Shown: piece after piece, positions 1 through 9,730 of the stretch
Position numbering within the stretch: the stretch's first letter is position 1
Layout of the letters: each line of letters opens with the position of its first letter
Assembly (NCBI GenBank): GCA_026392045.1
Contig: JAPLCU010000009.1
Coordinates: forward strand, 247-64,246
From: Armatimonadota bacterium
GTDB taxonomy: Bacteria > Armatimonadota > UBA5829
Direction of reading: 5' to 3'
Length of the DNA stretch: 64,000 bases
Program-made: the position numbers and the translations under genes
The notes under the pieces: generated by a model
The model's input: the letters and a program-made list of their open reading frames with translations, nothing else
Told to the model about the DNA's origin: nothing
Database searches by the model: none

Positions 1-597
1 CGAAAGATCAAAGCTTTTGAAACTTGGGAACATGTGATAAGCCATTTCCAGCTTGACATTCATGCCCACGTTCACGCCAGCAAATACGCTTCCTCCAGGG
101 CCCGCAAAGCGAAAACCCGTATCGATATTGTCTGCCAGAGAGCGTATATTGGCTATACAGAGGCTGGCTGTTCCGCCCACGTAAGGCGAGAACGCCCGGG
201 ACATGCCGAGTCTGTGCGTATACTTAAAGCCAAACGGAAAAATGGCTGCGTAATCGCTGTCAGATTTCCGGCTGATGCCATCGAATTGAAACTGGAGTCT
301 ATCTTTGCTTCTGTCTTCATCGCGATAGTCAACAGTAATCCCAATCATCATCCAGGAATCGCCAAACCGGCTTCTGGTCTTGTCATTGGTAGGTAGATAG
401 ATACCCGCGCTCGGTTTCAGGGCGAGCCTGGGTTTTCTGGGTTTCTTGGGCTCTGGGGTTTCCGCCGGAATAGGGGCAGGCGCGTTGAGCGTCGGTGCTG
501 GCTCAGCTACCTGCGCATGACATCGAAGCGCAGGCAGCGCGGTCGTCATCACAATCGCCGCAGTGGTCAGCAAAAGAATACCTTTTGAATTGATCAT
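1..597 (-). CDS. Outer-membrane beta-barrel protein, partial (C-terminus beyond window start)
   Basis: Reverse frame is open from the ATG at 597 to position 1 (MIINSKGILLLTTAAIVMTTALPALRCHAQ...) with an N-terminal signal peptide. Alternating aromatic/Gly-rich beta-strand segments resemble OmpA/OmpW-like barrels. Absent from the ORF track because it has no stop in the window. Confidence 0.45.
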   Translation of the reverse strand, partial: MINSKGILLLTTAAIVMTTALPALRCHAQVAEPAPTLNAPAPIPAETPEPKKPRKPRLALKPSAGIYLPTNDKTRSRFGDSWMMIGITVDYRDEDRSKDRLQFQFDGISRKSDSDYAAIFPFGFKYTHRLGMSRAFSPYVGGTASLCIANIRSLADNIDTGFRFAGPGGSVFAGVNVGMNVKLEMAYHMFPSFKSFDLS

Positions 598-772
598 CAT
601 CTTCACCTTTTTCTTTGATAAGGAATGGAACGTGACATTTGCGCAAAGCGAGCTTTACCCACTTATTATGTTTCATCTTAGCATTCCTGTCAATACGCGA
701 TGTGTAAAAAAGACGCCAAAAAGGACTTTTATTCGAGTACCGGGAACAAATAACAGACAATCTGACGTAATA

Positions 773-1429
773 ATGCCTATGATCAGCTCAATTGAATGGA
801 TGGCTTGGAACGTAATGCTTGCGGTGATCCCCGTGGTTCTCGCGTATGCGTTGGTAGGCGTCTCGAAACTGAAAATAACAAAAGGACTAAAATACACCGC
901 AATGGCAGCGCTGACGCCTATATGGTTCTTTTTCCTGCCCAACACCTGTTACCTGATAACCGAATGGCGCCACTATTTCTTCACTTTGGATGCCAACAAC
1001 CTCTTTTTGCGAACACATACAGACAGCCGGTTGCTCATGCCGCTATTGGCATTCTCTATCTTCTATGCGTTATACAGCGGGTTTGGGATGATGACTTTCA
1101 CCCTGGCTGTGAGACCAATAGAACGCCTTTCCGCGCGTGTAAGTTGGCCGATTTGGAAATGGGGCCTACCGTTCTTCGCGCTGGTTTCGCTGGGAGTTTA
1201 CCTCGGCCTGGCGCTTAGATTCAACAGCTGGGACATGTTTTACAGATCTGGGCACGTTTGGAGCGCGATAATGGATGTCTTAACAAGGCCAAGGCTGTTG
1301 GCATTCATAGTAGGCTTCGGACTCTTCCTTTGGATTGCATACGAGGCCCTGGATATCTGGGTGGACGCTATAGCCGAGCGTTGGAAAGCGTTAACAGGCA
1401 AACTAACAAATGAGCAACTGCCAAATTGA
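773..1429 (+). CDS. DUF1361-family polytopic membrane protein
   Basis: Multiple TM helices and an FFLPNTCYLITEW motif (DUF1361 has an LPNAPYIxTD-like motif). Start moved to the internal ATG at 773 (MPMISSIEWMAW); the upstream part of the track ORF is low-quality sequence. Confidence 0.5.
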   Translation: MPMISSIEWMAWNVMLAVIPVVLAYALVGVSKLKITKGLKYTAMAALTPIWFFFLPNTCYLITEWRHYFFTLDANNLFLRTHTDSRLLMPLLAFSIFYALYSGFGMMTFTLAVRPIERLSARVSWPIWKWGLPFFALVSLGVYLGLALRFNSWDMFYRSGHVWSAIMDVLTRPRLLAFIVGFGLFLWIAYEALDIWVDAIAERWKALTGKLTNEQLPN

Positions 1430-1600
1430 TAGATGATATTTATGTCTGTTTTGATCTCCCACACCCTGCATAACTGCGCATTATGATGCTTAGCAAAAAA
1501 AAACTCAACTATTTTCGGTTATCGCGAAGGACATTTGCCTGCAATCGCTAAGTTACATATATCAGGGGTTTGTATTACCCCAATTTTGGAGGCGAAAGTT

Positions 1601-2296
1601 TTGAAGTATTTGTTTCTAGTGATTCTTTTACTGTTTGTGGTGAGTTGTGCGTTTGCCGATGACATCGTTACGATGCCTACCGCAAACCAGCTCAAGGCCG
1701 GCGAACTTGATGCCGCCGTCTACTATCTGAATTTGGACACCCCAGCGGGAGCGCCGCAGTTTGTTCAGATGCAGACACTCTACTACGGCCTCACGGACAA
1801 GCTGGAGCTGGATATACACCGTTCTGCCATAGACAACGTCAAGACCAGCACCATCCTCGTAGGATCATACAAGCTCCTCTCGGAGTCGCCGACAACACCA
1901 GACCTGGTGGTTGGCTGTCGAAACATAGGTGGCGCAGCCACATTGCCGGATGCCCCAGGCATATCAAACAAGACTAGGGATCGTTCGTATTTTTTGGCAG
2001 CTGCCAAAACTTTCTTCTTTAATCCGGAGCAGCCGGGTCCACCTTTGGTTCGAGTTCATCTGGGAATTGGCACAGAGGACTGGACATTGCTCGGCGAGAA
2101 GAGGCACGACGGCATTTTCGGCGGACTGCAGTTCCTGCTGCGCCCTGAATTGGGTCTCGTGGTTGAACACGACGGTCAGGACCTCATCACAGGCATCACA
2201 ATTATGCCTAAGAACTCCGGGCTGACCATCAAGGGCGGCATGTTTGGCGATCATACATGGGTAGGAATCGCTTATAGGGCAGAGTTGTCCAAATAG
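1601..2296 (+). CDS. Secreted hypothetical protein with signal peptide
   Basis: TTG at 1601 follows a GGAGG RBS with a 7-nt spacer. Signal peptide LKYLFLVILLLFVVSCAFADD. No recognisable domain. Followed by an intrinsic terminator. Confidence 0.5.
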   Translation: MKYLFLVILLLFVVSCAFADDIVTMPTANQLKAGELDAAVYYLNLDTPAGAPQFVQMQTLYYGLTDKLELDIHRSAIDNVKTSTILVGSYKLLSESPTTPDLVVGCRNIGGAATLPDAPGISNKTRDRSYFLAAAKTFFFNPEQPGPPLVRVHLGIGTEDWTLLGEKRHDGIFGGLQFLLRPELGLVVEHDGQDLITGITIMPKNSGLTIKGGMFGDHTWVGIAYRAELSK

Positions 2297-2330
2297 GCAG
2301 AATTGTCTTTTCGGTATAAGCCAATTATCA

Positions 2331-2368
2331 AAACGCCCCGCTTTTGTGTTAAGCGGGGCGTTTTTCTG
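2331..2368 (+). terminator. Rho-independent terminator
   Basis: 12-bp stem aacgccccgctt / aagcggggcgtt with loop ttgtgtt, followed by tttctg. Confidence 0.65.
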
Positions 2369-2510
2369 CGATTTTGCATGCATTCTTTTCATTTCATTGC
2401 CCTCTCGGCAGGATTACAAGCGTATTTGGGGGAATAATTATCTGGGCGCCTGTGTCGGGAACCACGCGGGCGTTTTTGGAATCTAATAAGCACAGGCATA
2501 TATTTTTTAT

Positions 2511-2728
2511 ACTTCGGGACTGTTTTTCGTCCCGAAGGGGTTTTTTTATACTTTATACTTCGGGACTGTTTTTCGTCCCGAAGGTGGGGTTTTTTTATAC
2601 TTTATACTTCGGGACTGTTTTTCGTCCCGAAGGTGGAGTTTTTATACTTTATACTTCGGGACTGTTTTTCGTCCCGAAGGTGGGGTTTTTGTGCGTGCTT
2701 CGGGGCGAAATGCGAGCCCACGAAGCAT
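2511..2728 (+). repeat. Tandem array of 4 hairpin units (CTTCGGGAC-TGTTTTTC-GTCCCGAAG then G/T-rich tail) plus a degenerate 5th hairpin
   Basis: Perfect 9-bp-stem hairpins at 2512-2537, 2558-2583, 2607-2632 and 2654-2679, period 46-49 bp. Each is followed by a conserved GTGGGGTTTTTTTATACTTTATA spacer. An imperfect hairpin (tgcttcgggg...cccacgaagca) lies at about 2692-2724. Each unit is terminator-like (stem-loop plus T-run). Confidence 0.75.
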
Positions 2729-2779
2729 AGTCAGCATATCTTTTCTGCGCGTTTTCACTTTCAATCATGGAGCTGAGCA

Positions 2780-3532
2780 TTGCTAAAAGTAACCAATTTA
2801 GTTAAATATTACAAGAGATTTCTTGCGGTTGACGGGCTGTCGTTTGAAGTGGGCGATGGAGAGATTGTGGGGCTGCTGGGGCCGAACGGCGCCGGCAAGA
2901 CCACTGTTTTACGCTGTGTCACGGGGATCGTGCAAGCTTCCGAGGGCGCTATAGAGATCGACGGCATTGACCTGGAAACCAACGAAGAAGAGGTCAAACG
3001 GCGCATTGCGTTTGTCCCAGAAGTGCCAACTCCTTATGAAATGCTTACAGTTTGGGAGCACCTGCGATTCATCGCGATGGCTTATCAGACTATGGACGGC
3101 TTCGAGGAACGCGCCGATGCCATGCTGCATAGGTTCGATCTAGATGAAAAGCGCAACGACCTGGTTCTGAGCCTCTCAAAAGGCATGAAGCAGAAGCTCG
3201 CCATTGCCTGTGCGTTCATCCATGAAGCTCGCGTAATACTATTGGACGAGCCTCTCATCGGAATCGACCCCAGAGGCGTGCATGAGCTCAAAGAGATGAT
3301 TTCCGAAGCGAAAAGCAATGGCAAAGCCATACTTATCAGCACTCACATGCTGGACACCGCCGAGCGCCTCTGTGATCGCATTATCATTCTTAGAAGAGGG
3401 ACGATCTTAGCCGAAGGAAACCTGGCAGAGCTGCATGAAAGCGCAAAAATGGGAAAAGATGCCTCCCTTGAGGATGTATTCCTGACGCTCACGGAGGAGG
3501 GTGGAGAAGTTGAAATCACTCCTCTATCTTGA
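2780..3532 (+). CDS. ABC transporter ATP-binding protein
   Basis: Walker A GPNGAGKTT, ABC signature LSKGMKQKL, Walker B ILLDEP, H-loop STHML. TTG start. Confidence 0.85.
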   Translation: MLKVTNLVKYYKRFLAVDGLSFEVGDGEIVGLLGPNGAGKTTVLRCVTGIVQASEGAIEIDGIDLETNEEEVKRRIAFVPEVPTPYEMLTVWEHLRFIAMAYQTMDGFEERADAMLHRFDLDEKRNDLVLSLSKGMKQKLAIACAFIHEARVILLDEPLIGIDPRGVHELKEMISEAKSNGKAILISTHMLDTAERLCDRIIILRRGTILAEGNLAELHESAKMGKDASLEDVFLTLTEEGGEVEITPLS

Positions 3533-5186
3533 GATCAGGCAGCTCATAAATGCGATAAAGAACACTACCCGCAGCCCGAAAAGGCTCATTCCGGCGCTGC
3601 TGATGGGCGCATGGGTGGGATCCTGGTTCATTCACGGAATACTGCAATACACAAATGCGCCAGGCCCCAGGGCGCCAAGCCTGAGCCTGATCAAAGACAT
3701 TCCGATCAGTCTACTGGAAAACGGCGTATTCCTATTCATAAGCATCGGAAGCATGATTGTTATGTATAATGCTTTCAGCTCTGGAATGATGATCTTCTCT
3801 GTCTCTCACATAGATTTTCTGTTCCCCACCCCTATAAAAAGAAAATCTGTGCTGCTGATGAAGCTGGTCAAAGATTACCTGAAATACGGCTTTTACGTTG
3901 CATTTTTCTTTATGTTCATGGGTATTCCGGCGTTCGGAGCCCTCAATGTGAACGTCGTCCCCTCGGGGTTCATTAGCATTGCTGCTGTCACAGCGTTGAT
4001 GGCGCTGGTGATAAATCTATCGCACACCATCAATATCATCTTCACTTTCGGCTTTGAGCGACTGAAGCAGGCTGGCACAATCATCAAGGTAATTATTTTC
4101 GGGGCGCCGGCTTCTGCTGTTGCTTATGGTCTGTACGATTTTATGCGGGTCGGCAACGCCCAGGAGAGTTTCATACAAGCAATGAACTCACCGATAATCA
4201 ACTTCGTTTTCGCCCCCGCGCACTGGTGCGCAGTTCTATTTCTTGCGCCGCTGAATGGCGTTACGAAAATAGACCAACTACATCTTGCGCTGCTCACCGC
4301 CATGGCGCTGATAAGCTTTATTGTGCTGCTGTATCGCAGGGAAAATATCTATGAACCAGCGCTGGGAGTGAGCACGAAGTTCGCAGAAAGACGCGTCGCG
4401 ATGCGCACGGGCGACTATAGCGGGATTCGCGTAAATGAGCTGCGCGACAAAGGCGCGACGCACGCTGGCGGATTAAGTATCCCACCGTTTGGCCGAGGAG
4501 CGGTGGCTATCCTTTGGAAAAGTCTGCTTCTGCGCTATAGGCTCTCGACTACTCAGTTGATGATGATGATCATGCTTCCCATTGTCTTGATTTACGTCAT
4601 CAAAGTGAGTCTGCCCAGGCCTGAGCTGCTTTCCTACCTGCCGATGGTGCTGCTGTATGTGGTGTGGGCGATGTCTATGCTCGCTTCGGCGGAGATGCGC
4701 TCGGAGCTTAAGCAAGCCAATATATTGAAATCGATGCCCATTCGCGCCTGGAAGGTGATGCTGGCGCAGGCAGTCAATTCCACGTTATACTTGACTGCGG
4801 GTGTGTTTGTCTTTTCCGCTGTGATGTGGATTCTTGTGCCGGAGACGCGCGATCCTGACCCAAACAAAGGCTCTTTGCTGCTTGCCTGCATGTTTGGAGC
4901 GCCGTTCTTGGGGTTCGTGAATGTATCGGCGTCGATTGTCTCCGCTCTACTTTACCCAGACACCCGCGACCCAGCACAGTCTTTTCTCGGCGGCATGGTG
5001 TCCTTTATACTGGCTTCCCTGGCGCTGATTCCATGCATAGTAATCGTGCTGGGAATGCTGTTCGCCCTCAGATCATCTTACAGCAATATCGCGATTTCGG
5101 TCTCGCTGGTGAACTTAATCGTCGGTGCGTTGGGCGTGGCGCTTGCGGGGGTTCTATTCCATAGGTTCGACCCGACCAGCGACTAA
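3501..5186 (+). CDS. Putative ABC exporter permease (large polytopic membrane protein)
   Basis: Overlaps the ATPase gene by 32 nt, suggesting translational coupling. About 12 predicted TM helices over 561 aa. Resembles the putative-ABC-exporter membrane family. Confidence 0.6.
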   Translation: MEKLKSLLYLEIRQLINAIKNTTRSPKRLIPALLMGAWVGSWFIHGILQYTNAPGPRAPSLSLIKDIPISLLENGVFLFISIGSMIVMYNAFSSGMMIFSVSHIDFLFPTPIKRKSVLLMKLVKDYLKYGFYVAFFFMFMGIPAFGALNVNVVPSGFISIAAVTALMALVINLSHTINIIFTFGFERLKQAGTIIKVIIFGAPASAVAYGLYDFMRVGNAQESFIQAMNSPIINFVFAPAHWCAVLFLAPLNGVTKIDQLHLALLTAMALISFIVLLYRRENIYEPALGVSTKFAERRVAMRTGDYSGIRVNELRDKGATHAGGLSIPPFGRGAVAILWKSLLLRYRLSTTQLMMMIMLPIVLIYVIKVSLPRPELLSYLPMVLLYVVWAMSMLASAEMRSELKQANILKSMPIRAWKVMLAQAVNSTLYLTAGVFVFSAVMWILVPETRDPDPNKGSLLLACMFGAPFLGFVNVSASIVSALLYPDTRDPAQSFLGGMVSFILASLALIPCIVIVLGMLFALRSSYSNIAISVSLVNLIVGALGVALAGVLFHRFDPTSD

Positions 5187-5298
5187 ACCACTTTGACCAA
5201 TACACAAAATAGCAGAATCGGAGTCCAACCCAACGCCATTCGGCTATGGCGGGCAGGCTGGTTAATGAACGAGCTTGAGCAAAAGGAGATGCCGAGAC

Positions 5299-5476
5299 CC
5301 GACGATCTGACGATCTCTACCACGATCGCCCTGGAAATCTGTTCCAGGGCGCAGGTATTGCGGAAATCCATTCCGCCGGTAAAGCCCTGGCAGGTAAATC
5401 ATCCCGATTTAATCGGGAGAAACGTGCGTCGGGGAACAGATTTCCCCGACGATCTGACGATCACGATCTCTACCGA
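5299..5476. repeat. Direct repeats CGACGATCTGACGATC(ACGATC)TCTACC flanking two short GC hairpins
   Basis: Repeat copies at 5299-5322 and 5447-5476. Hairpins tcccgat-tta-atcggga (5402-5418) and ggggaa-cagat-ttcccc (5431-5447) lie between them. Confidence 0.45.
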
Positions 5477-5502
5477 TAGGTTTCAGTACGTAAGCCCTGC
5501 GA

Positions 5503-7167
5503 TTAGCTCTTCCTGCCCTTGATAAGCTTCTGGAAAGGCGATTCCGGCGACTTTGGATCGTCGTGTGACTGCTGCTGCCATTTTGCGAGCCTGGCTTTCA
5601 TGTCCTCGAGAATGTCTTTGTGCGTGGGGCTGTCTATGAGATTCTTCATCTCGTAATGGTCCTGCGTGAGGTCGTAAAGCTCGTCCATGTCCCCATCGTT
5701 CCAAACGTATTTGTATTGGTCAGTCACCACCATCCGACCCAGCTCATTCTTGAAATGGCCGTGGGTTTCGCACATCAGGTCCTTGCGCCAATCTTTTGTC
5801 TCGCCCGTGCACAATGGAAGTAAGCTGCGACCATCTGTCTCTTTGCTAAACGAAAGACCAGCGGCAGCCAGGAAAGTCGGCGCCAGGTCGATGTTTCCAA
5901 CGAGTTCTTTGCGCTTTTGACCGGGCTTTATTCTGCCTGGGAATCTGACAGCCATGGGAATGCGCATCATTTCTTCGGGCAAGTATGCGTCCTTGTCGAA
6001 GTGGCCGCCATGGCACGCAACGGCATCGCCATGATCGGTGGACCAAACGACCAGCGTATCCTTATCCAGGCCCAGCTTATCGAGCATGTCCACAATGATT
6101 CCGCCTGCATGATCGATCAGGCTGATCTGAGCGTAACACATCGCCAGCGCTTTCTGCCATTGCGACCACGGGAGCGGGTTGGGCTGGATGATATGCCTCT
6201 GACCATCGTGTAAAGGCCAATTCGCTTCCGATTTATATCGGTTTGGCTTTGTCTTAAGGTCATCTTTGAAGTTTGGATATTCGGGAATCGAGGCCGCATC
6301 ATACATATCCAGGAAACGCTTGGATGCAAAGTAAGGCGGGTGCGGCCCCCAAAAATCGATTCGCATCGACCACGGTTGATCGCTCTTTGATTTGGCCAAT
6401 TCTTCCAGTTGCTTACACGCCAGGTCAGCAAGGAACATGGCTTCATGCGTAGCTTCAGGCGAGGTCATCACCCCGGTCACATGCGGATTACACCACTCAC
6501 CGCGCACATGGTAAGGCTCCCCGGGGACGGCCCCTCGCAGCGCATCCGGTTTCTCCGCTCGGATCTTCTTAGCTTCCTCGGGTGAATTCAAAAACGATCG
6601 GCCGATTTTCACTTCAAAATCCGGCAGTCCGTGTTCCTTTAGATAGTCTTTATATTCAGGTTTGTTGTAGGGGCTATTATAGGATGGATTGGAGAACCCC
6701 TCGCAATGGTGATCTTTAGCCGTGCCTGCACCCGCATGCCACTTGCCATAATAAAAGTTGCGGTAGCCGTTTTGGGCCAGGATGTCCAGATAGACCTCCC
6801 GATCATAGGGAGCGTTGACATCATTCTTGATTTCACCATGATTGTGAGGAAAGAGGCCGGTGAGCATAGTTCTCCTGGATGGGCCGCAGAGCGGAGAGGC
6901 GCAATATGCCCTTGAAAACTCTGCACCCTGAGAGGCGAGACGGTCGAAGTTTGGCCTGCGAATTTTAGGGCCGCCGTAGGCGCCGTGGCCATAGAAAGCC
7001 TGGTGGTCATTTAGGATATATAATATGTTCGGTCTGCGCTTCTTCGATGCCTCTGCCATAACTGCCCCCGGAATGCTCAGTAAGGATGCGCCTGCTATCG
7101 TCGCAGCAGCGCCCTTTGCGGTGAGCTTTATAAATTCCCTGCGCGTAAGTTTAGATTTGTCTTCCAT
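5503..7167 (-). CDS. Sulfatase (arylsulfatase family) with Tat signal
   Basis: Sulfatase signature CGPSRRTMLTG (C-x-P-S-R). N-terminal twin-arginine motif TRREFIK followed by a hydrophobic stretch. Start set at MEDKSKLTRREFIKL (ATG at 7167) rather than the longer track ORF. Confidence 0.8.
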   Translation of the reverse strand: MEDKSKLTRREFIKLTAKGAAATIAGASLLSIPGAVMAEASKKRRPNILYILNDHQAFYGHGAYGGPKIRRPNFDRLASQGAEFSRAYCASPLCGPSRRTMLTGLFPHNHGEIKNDVNAPYDREVYLDILAQNGYRNFYYGKWHAGAGTAKDHHCEGFSNPSYNSPYNKPEYKDYLKEHGLPDFEVKIGRSFLNSPEEAKKIRAEKPDALRGAVPGEPYHVRGEWCNPHVTGVMTSPEATHEAMFLADLACKQLEELAKSKSDQPWSMRIDFWGPHPPYFASKRFLDMYDAASIPEYPNFKDDLKTKPNRYKSEANWPLHDGQRHIIQPNPLPWSQWQKALAMCYAQISLIDHAGGIIVDMLDKLGLDKDTLVVWSTDHGDAVACHGGHFDKDAYLPEEMMRIPMAVRFPGRIKPGQKRKELVGNIDLAPTFLAAAGLSFSKETDGRSLLPLCTGETKDWRKDLMCETHGHFKNELGRMVVTDQYKYVWNDGDMDELYDLTQDHYEMKNLIDSPTHKDILEDMKARLAKWQQQSHDDPKSPESPFQKLIKGRKS

Positions 7168-7318
7168 CAAAATGTGCGCCTTCCTACGAATTGAGAATAC
7201 AACAAGTCTCTGCCAAAACCCTCTTTTGGCGAGCGCAAGCGCTGTTATTGGCTTCTGAGCCCTCTGATGTTTGACCGAACCGATCATGGGTATCTTGTTT
7301 TTTAGGTGGTGGAACATA

Positions 7319-7753
7319 ATGGCGAGCTTACCCGTCATGAATATGGGACATACTGGGTATATGGTGGTTCAGACAAACTCAATGGGGCTGTCTACGGCAA
7401 GAAAGCATGTGCACGGCATCGCAAGAGGACTGCGTTTCTCCGATGATGACGCAGCGGATATTCTGCTCGCTGTCGGAGAGGCCATATCGAATGCCTACAG
7501 GCACGGAACTCAAGACCACATTAACGGCTTCATATACATCGACTGGGAATTTGCCCAACGAACCCTTACAGTATCTGTTAAAGACGAAGGCTCCGCATTG
7601 CCATCCGGTATCCAATACTCGCTGGGTTCTTCGTTTACCCCAACTGGCTGTGGATTGGATATCATCCGAAAGAGCGTGGATGATGTCTTTCTTGAATGCG
7701 GCAGCGGCACAAGGATAGCGCTGAGGAAGCGCGCACGTGAATTATTACGTTGA
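7319..7753 (+). CDS. Anti-sigma regulatory factor (RsbW/SpoIIAB-like Ser-protein kinase, HATPase_c)
   Basis: DILLAVGEAISNAYRHG motif typical of RsbW-like anti-sigma factors. About 145 aa. No cognate STAS antagonist adjacent. Confidence 0.55.
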   Translation: MASLPVMNMGHTGYMVVQTNSMGLSTARKHVHGIARGLRFSDDDAADILLAVGEAISNAYRHGTQDHINGFIYIDWEFAQRTLTVSVKDEGSALPSGIQYSLGSSFTPTGCGLDIIRKSVDDVFLECGSGTRIALRKRARELLR

Positions 7754-8050
7754 CAGACAGGCTCGTTCAAGGCTACAATTACTATCCTAATGCCGACGGA
7801 ACGGCTTCACGTGGAATTTGGCAAGAAGCCTATCCGGCGGACGTGCATCGGGGAACGGATTTCCCCGACGATCATAGTTTTGTCCGCGTCCCCGATTTTT
7901 CCACTACACCATATCCTAAGTAAATACTATTTGCTCGGTAAGCGCCCATATCTACGCGTCAAATTGCCTCGAAAGCGGTCGATTTACTGCTTACTGGTAA
8001 TCATTACAGTGTTCAGGGTACGATCTTTGCAACACATGTCGTAAGAGGGC

Positions 8051-9430
8051 ATGATGAAACAAATCAGAGACTTGATGACGTCTGATGTTGTGTGGGTAAA
8101 CCCTTCCACACGTGTTAAAACTGCCGTCATCTTAATGAAAGGGCATAATATCAGCGCGCTGCCGGTCATCCACAACACTGATGGTGTGGTTGGCCTTGTC
8201 ACGCTTCATGCTCTGCTTGGTGAAGCTCAGGACGCGCCCATCTCTAGTTTGATGGATACAAATTTTGCTTCAGTCGACCCTGATACGACCGCCCATAACG
8301 CCGCCGATTTGATGCAGGAAAGCAACACAGGCCATCTGCTTGTAATGGAAAACGGCCGGCTCCTCGGCATCGTCAGTGACAGCGATCTCATCCCCGAACT
8401 CGGCCGCACCTACGACCCGCTCACTGAACTGCCATGGTCAGATACATTCCGCGAATGGGCAATGAATGCGCTCAAAAAAGGGCAGGAAATCAGCGTAATC
8501 CTCTTCGATTTAGACCAATTCGGCAGGTTCAACAAGAAGCACGGGCATGTGATTGGCGATCGGGTGCTTCAAGAGGTTGCGGGTGTGTTCAAGACCAACA
8601 CAGACCCCAACCTGGAACTCACATGCCGATATGGCGGAGATGAGTTTGCAATTGTAAGCGTACGCCTTGCTGATGAGGCCGAAATGCTTGCTGCTCGGCT
8701 GCAGGAAAAAATTGCATTGCTTGCTGTAAAGGGTCTGCCGGAGAAGGTCACAGCAACTTGGGGTATGTTTGGCGGAATGCGCACCAAAGAGCGCGAAGAT
8801 ATGCATTACGCCGCCACGCTGGATGATCTCATCACCCGCGCAAGCAAAAATTGTATTATGAAGAAAAAACCATTCGAGACCGCGAAGGCGCAAGATGCTC
8901 CTGCCGCGCCCCCGAGAGACGAGCCGCAGGCCGCAGCAATTTCGCAGCCCTCTCGCCAAGAGGCCAGAGCAAGTCGCGCTAGCCAAGACGCAGCCGCAAG
9001 CTATGGCGATGAGCGCGCGCCCAGGCTCAAAATAGATACAATCAGCTTCTCATCCACCGGCACCGAGGTAAGCGCCTGCGTCATCTTAAAGCGAGACGGA
9101 AAGCAGTATAAGCGCGAAGTCACCGGGTATACGGTTGGAGGTAATGGCATGCTCCGATTGTTTGCCGAGGCGGCCGCAGGCGCTGTATGCAAGACACTCG
9201 CGCCTGAGCACGGAATAGTGGTTGAAGATACCGGTATAAATGATCTTGGCGATGACGAAGAGCTGGTCACGGTAGTAGCAATATATATTAGCCCAAGGCA
9301 GAACACTCGCCTGGCAGGAACTGCCCTTGTCCGCCGAGGCGATCAATACCGCGCCGCCGTTGCCGCCCTGCTCGATGCAGTAAACAGGCAGATAGAGCTT
9401 GCCCCGCCAGCCTGCGACGAAGAAGAATAG
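8051..9430 (+). CDS. CBS-pair / GGDEF diguanylate cyclase with C-terminal domain of unknown function
   Basis: Two CBS motifs at the N-terminus. GGDEF domain with intact RYGGDEF and inhibitory-site-like residues. C-terminal about 150 aa unassigned. Confidence 0.75.
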   Translation: MMKQIRDLMTSDVVWVNPSTRVKTAVILMKGHNISALPVIHNTDGVVGLVTLHALLGEAQDAPISSLMDTNFASVDPDTTAHNAADLMQESNTGHLLVMENGRLLGIVSDSDLIPELGRTYDPLTELPWSDTFREWAMNALKKGQEISVILFDLDQFGRFNKKHGHVIGDRVLQEVAGVFKTNTDPNLELTCRYGGDEFAIVSVRLADEAEMLAARLQEKIALLAVKGLPEKVTATWGMFGGMRTKEREDMHYAATLDDLITRASKNCIMKKKPFETAKAQDAPAAPPRDEPQAAAISQPSRQEARASRASQDAAASYGDERAPRLKIDTISFSSTGTEVSACVILKRDGKQYKREVTGYTVGGNGMLRLFAEAAAGAVCKTLAPEHGIVVEDTGINDLGDDEELVTVVAIYISPRQNTRLAGTALVRRGDQYRAAVAALLDAVNRQIELAPPACDEEE

Positions 9431-9522
9431 AAATAGGATGGGAGGGCTCAGAATGCTGGAAGAGCGCTAAACGCGCCTACTGCGCGGCACGCTTCGCGTG
9501 AAAGCAGAAGGTCTCAAACTAC

Positions 9523-9609
9523 GTCATTCCGAGGAGAAACGACGAGGAATCTGCTTTTTCGGGACCTTGGTTCAAAGCAGATTCCTCACTGCGTTCGGAA
9601 TGACATGCT
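9523..9609. terminator. Long imperfect inverted repeat between convergent genes (candidate bidirectional terminator)
   Basis: Arms gtcattccgaggag...gaggaatctgcttt and aaagcagattcctcactgcgttcggaatgac. Lies between the GGDEF gene (+) and the CE7 esterase (-). Confidence 0.4.
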
Positions 9610-9730
9610 CGGTACGTGTTTCTGGAAACGAATTCGGGGAGTTTCACGCTCAAAATGAGCAATATTTTTCTAAGATGGAACTAAACCTTCCCTTCTGGGC
9701 TCTCTGCTTTCCGCTTTCCACTTTCCACTC

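Noticed and set aside
563-772. N-terminal 70 aa of the track ORF 563..1429
   Set aside because: This stretch overlaps the start of the convergent outer-membrane-protein gene and is low complexity (IIIFTFFFDKE). The internal ATG at 773 gives a typical DUF1361 protein.
2511-2728. Possible CRISPR array
   Set aside because: Only four units. The inter-repeat segments are themselves conserved (GTGGGGTTTTTTTATACTTTATA). There is no leader or cas genes. The same hairpin occurs singly elsewhere.
2374-2730. 118-aa ORF spanning the hairpin array (peptide with repeated ILYTSGLFFVPKVGF)
   Set aside because: It is a translation artefact of the tandem DNA repeats. It has no RBS and its internal periodicity mirrors the 46-49-bp units.
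5193-5522. 109-aa ORF in the permease-sulfatase spacer
   Set aside because: It is composed of direct repeats and palindromes. It has low complexity and no RBS, and it overlaps the end of the sulfatase gene region.
7168-7338. 57-aa N-terminal extension of the sulfatase ORF
   Set aside because: The Tat motif TRREFIK must be near the N-terminus. The ATG at 7167 places it correctly. The extension would put it 65 aa in.
7790-8044. 84-aa ORF between the anti-sigma factor and GGDEF genes
   Set aside because: It lies in a region with dispersed palindromes, shows poor codon usage and matches no family. It is more likely promoter/leader DNA.
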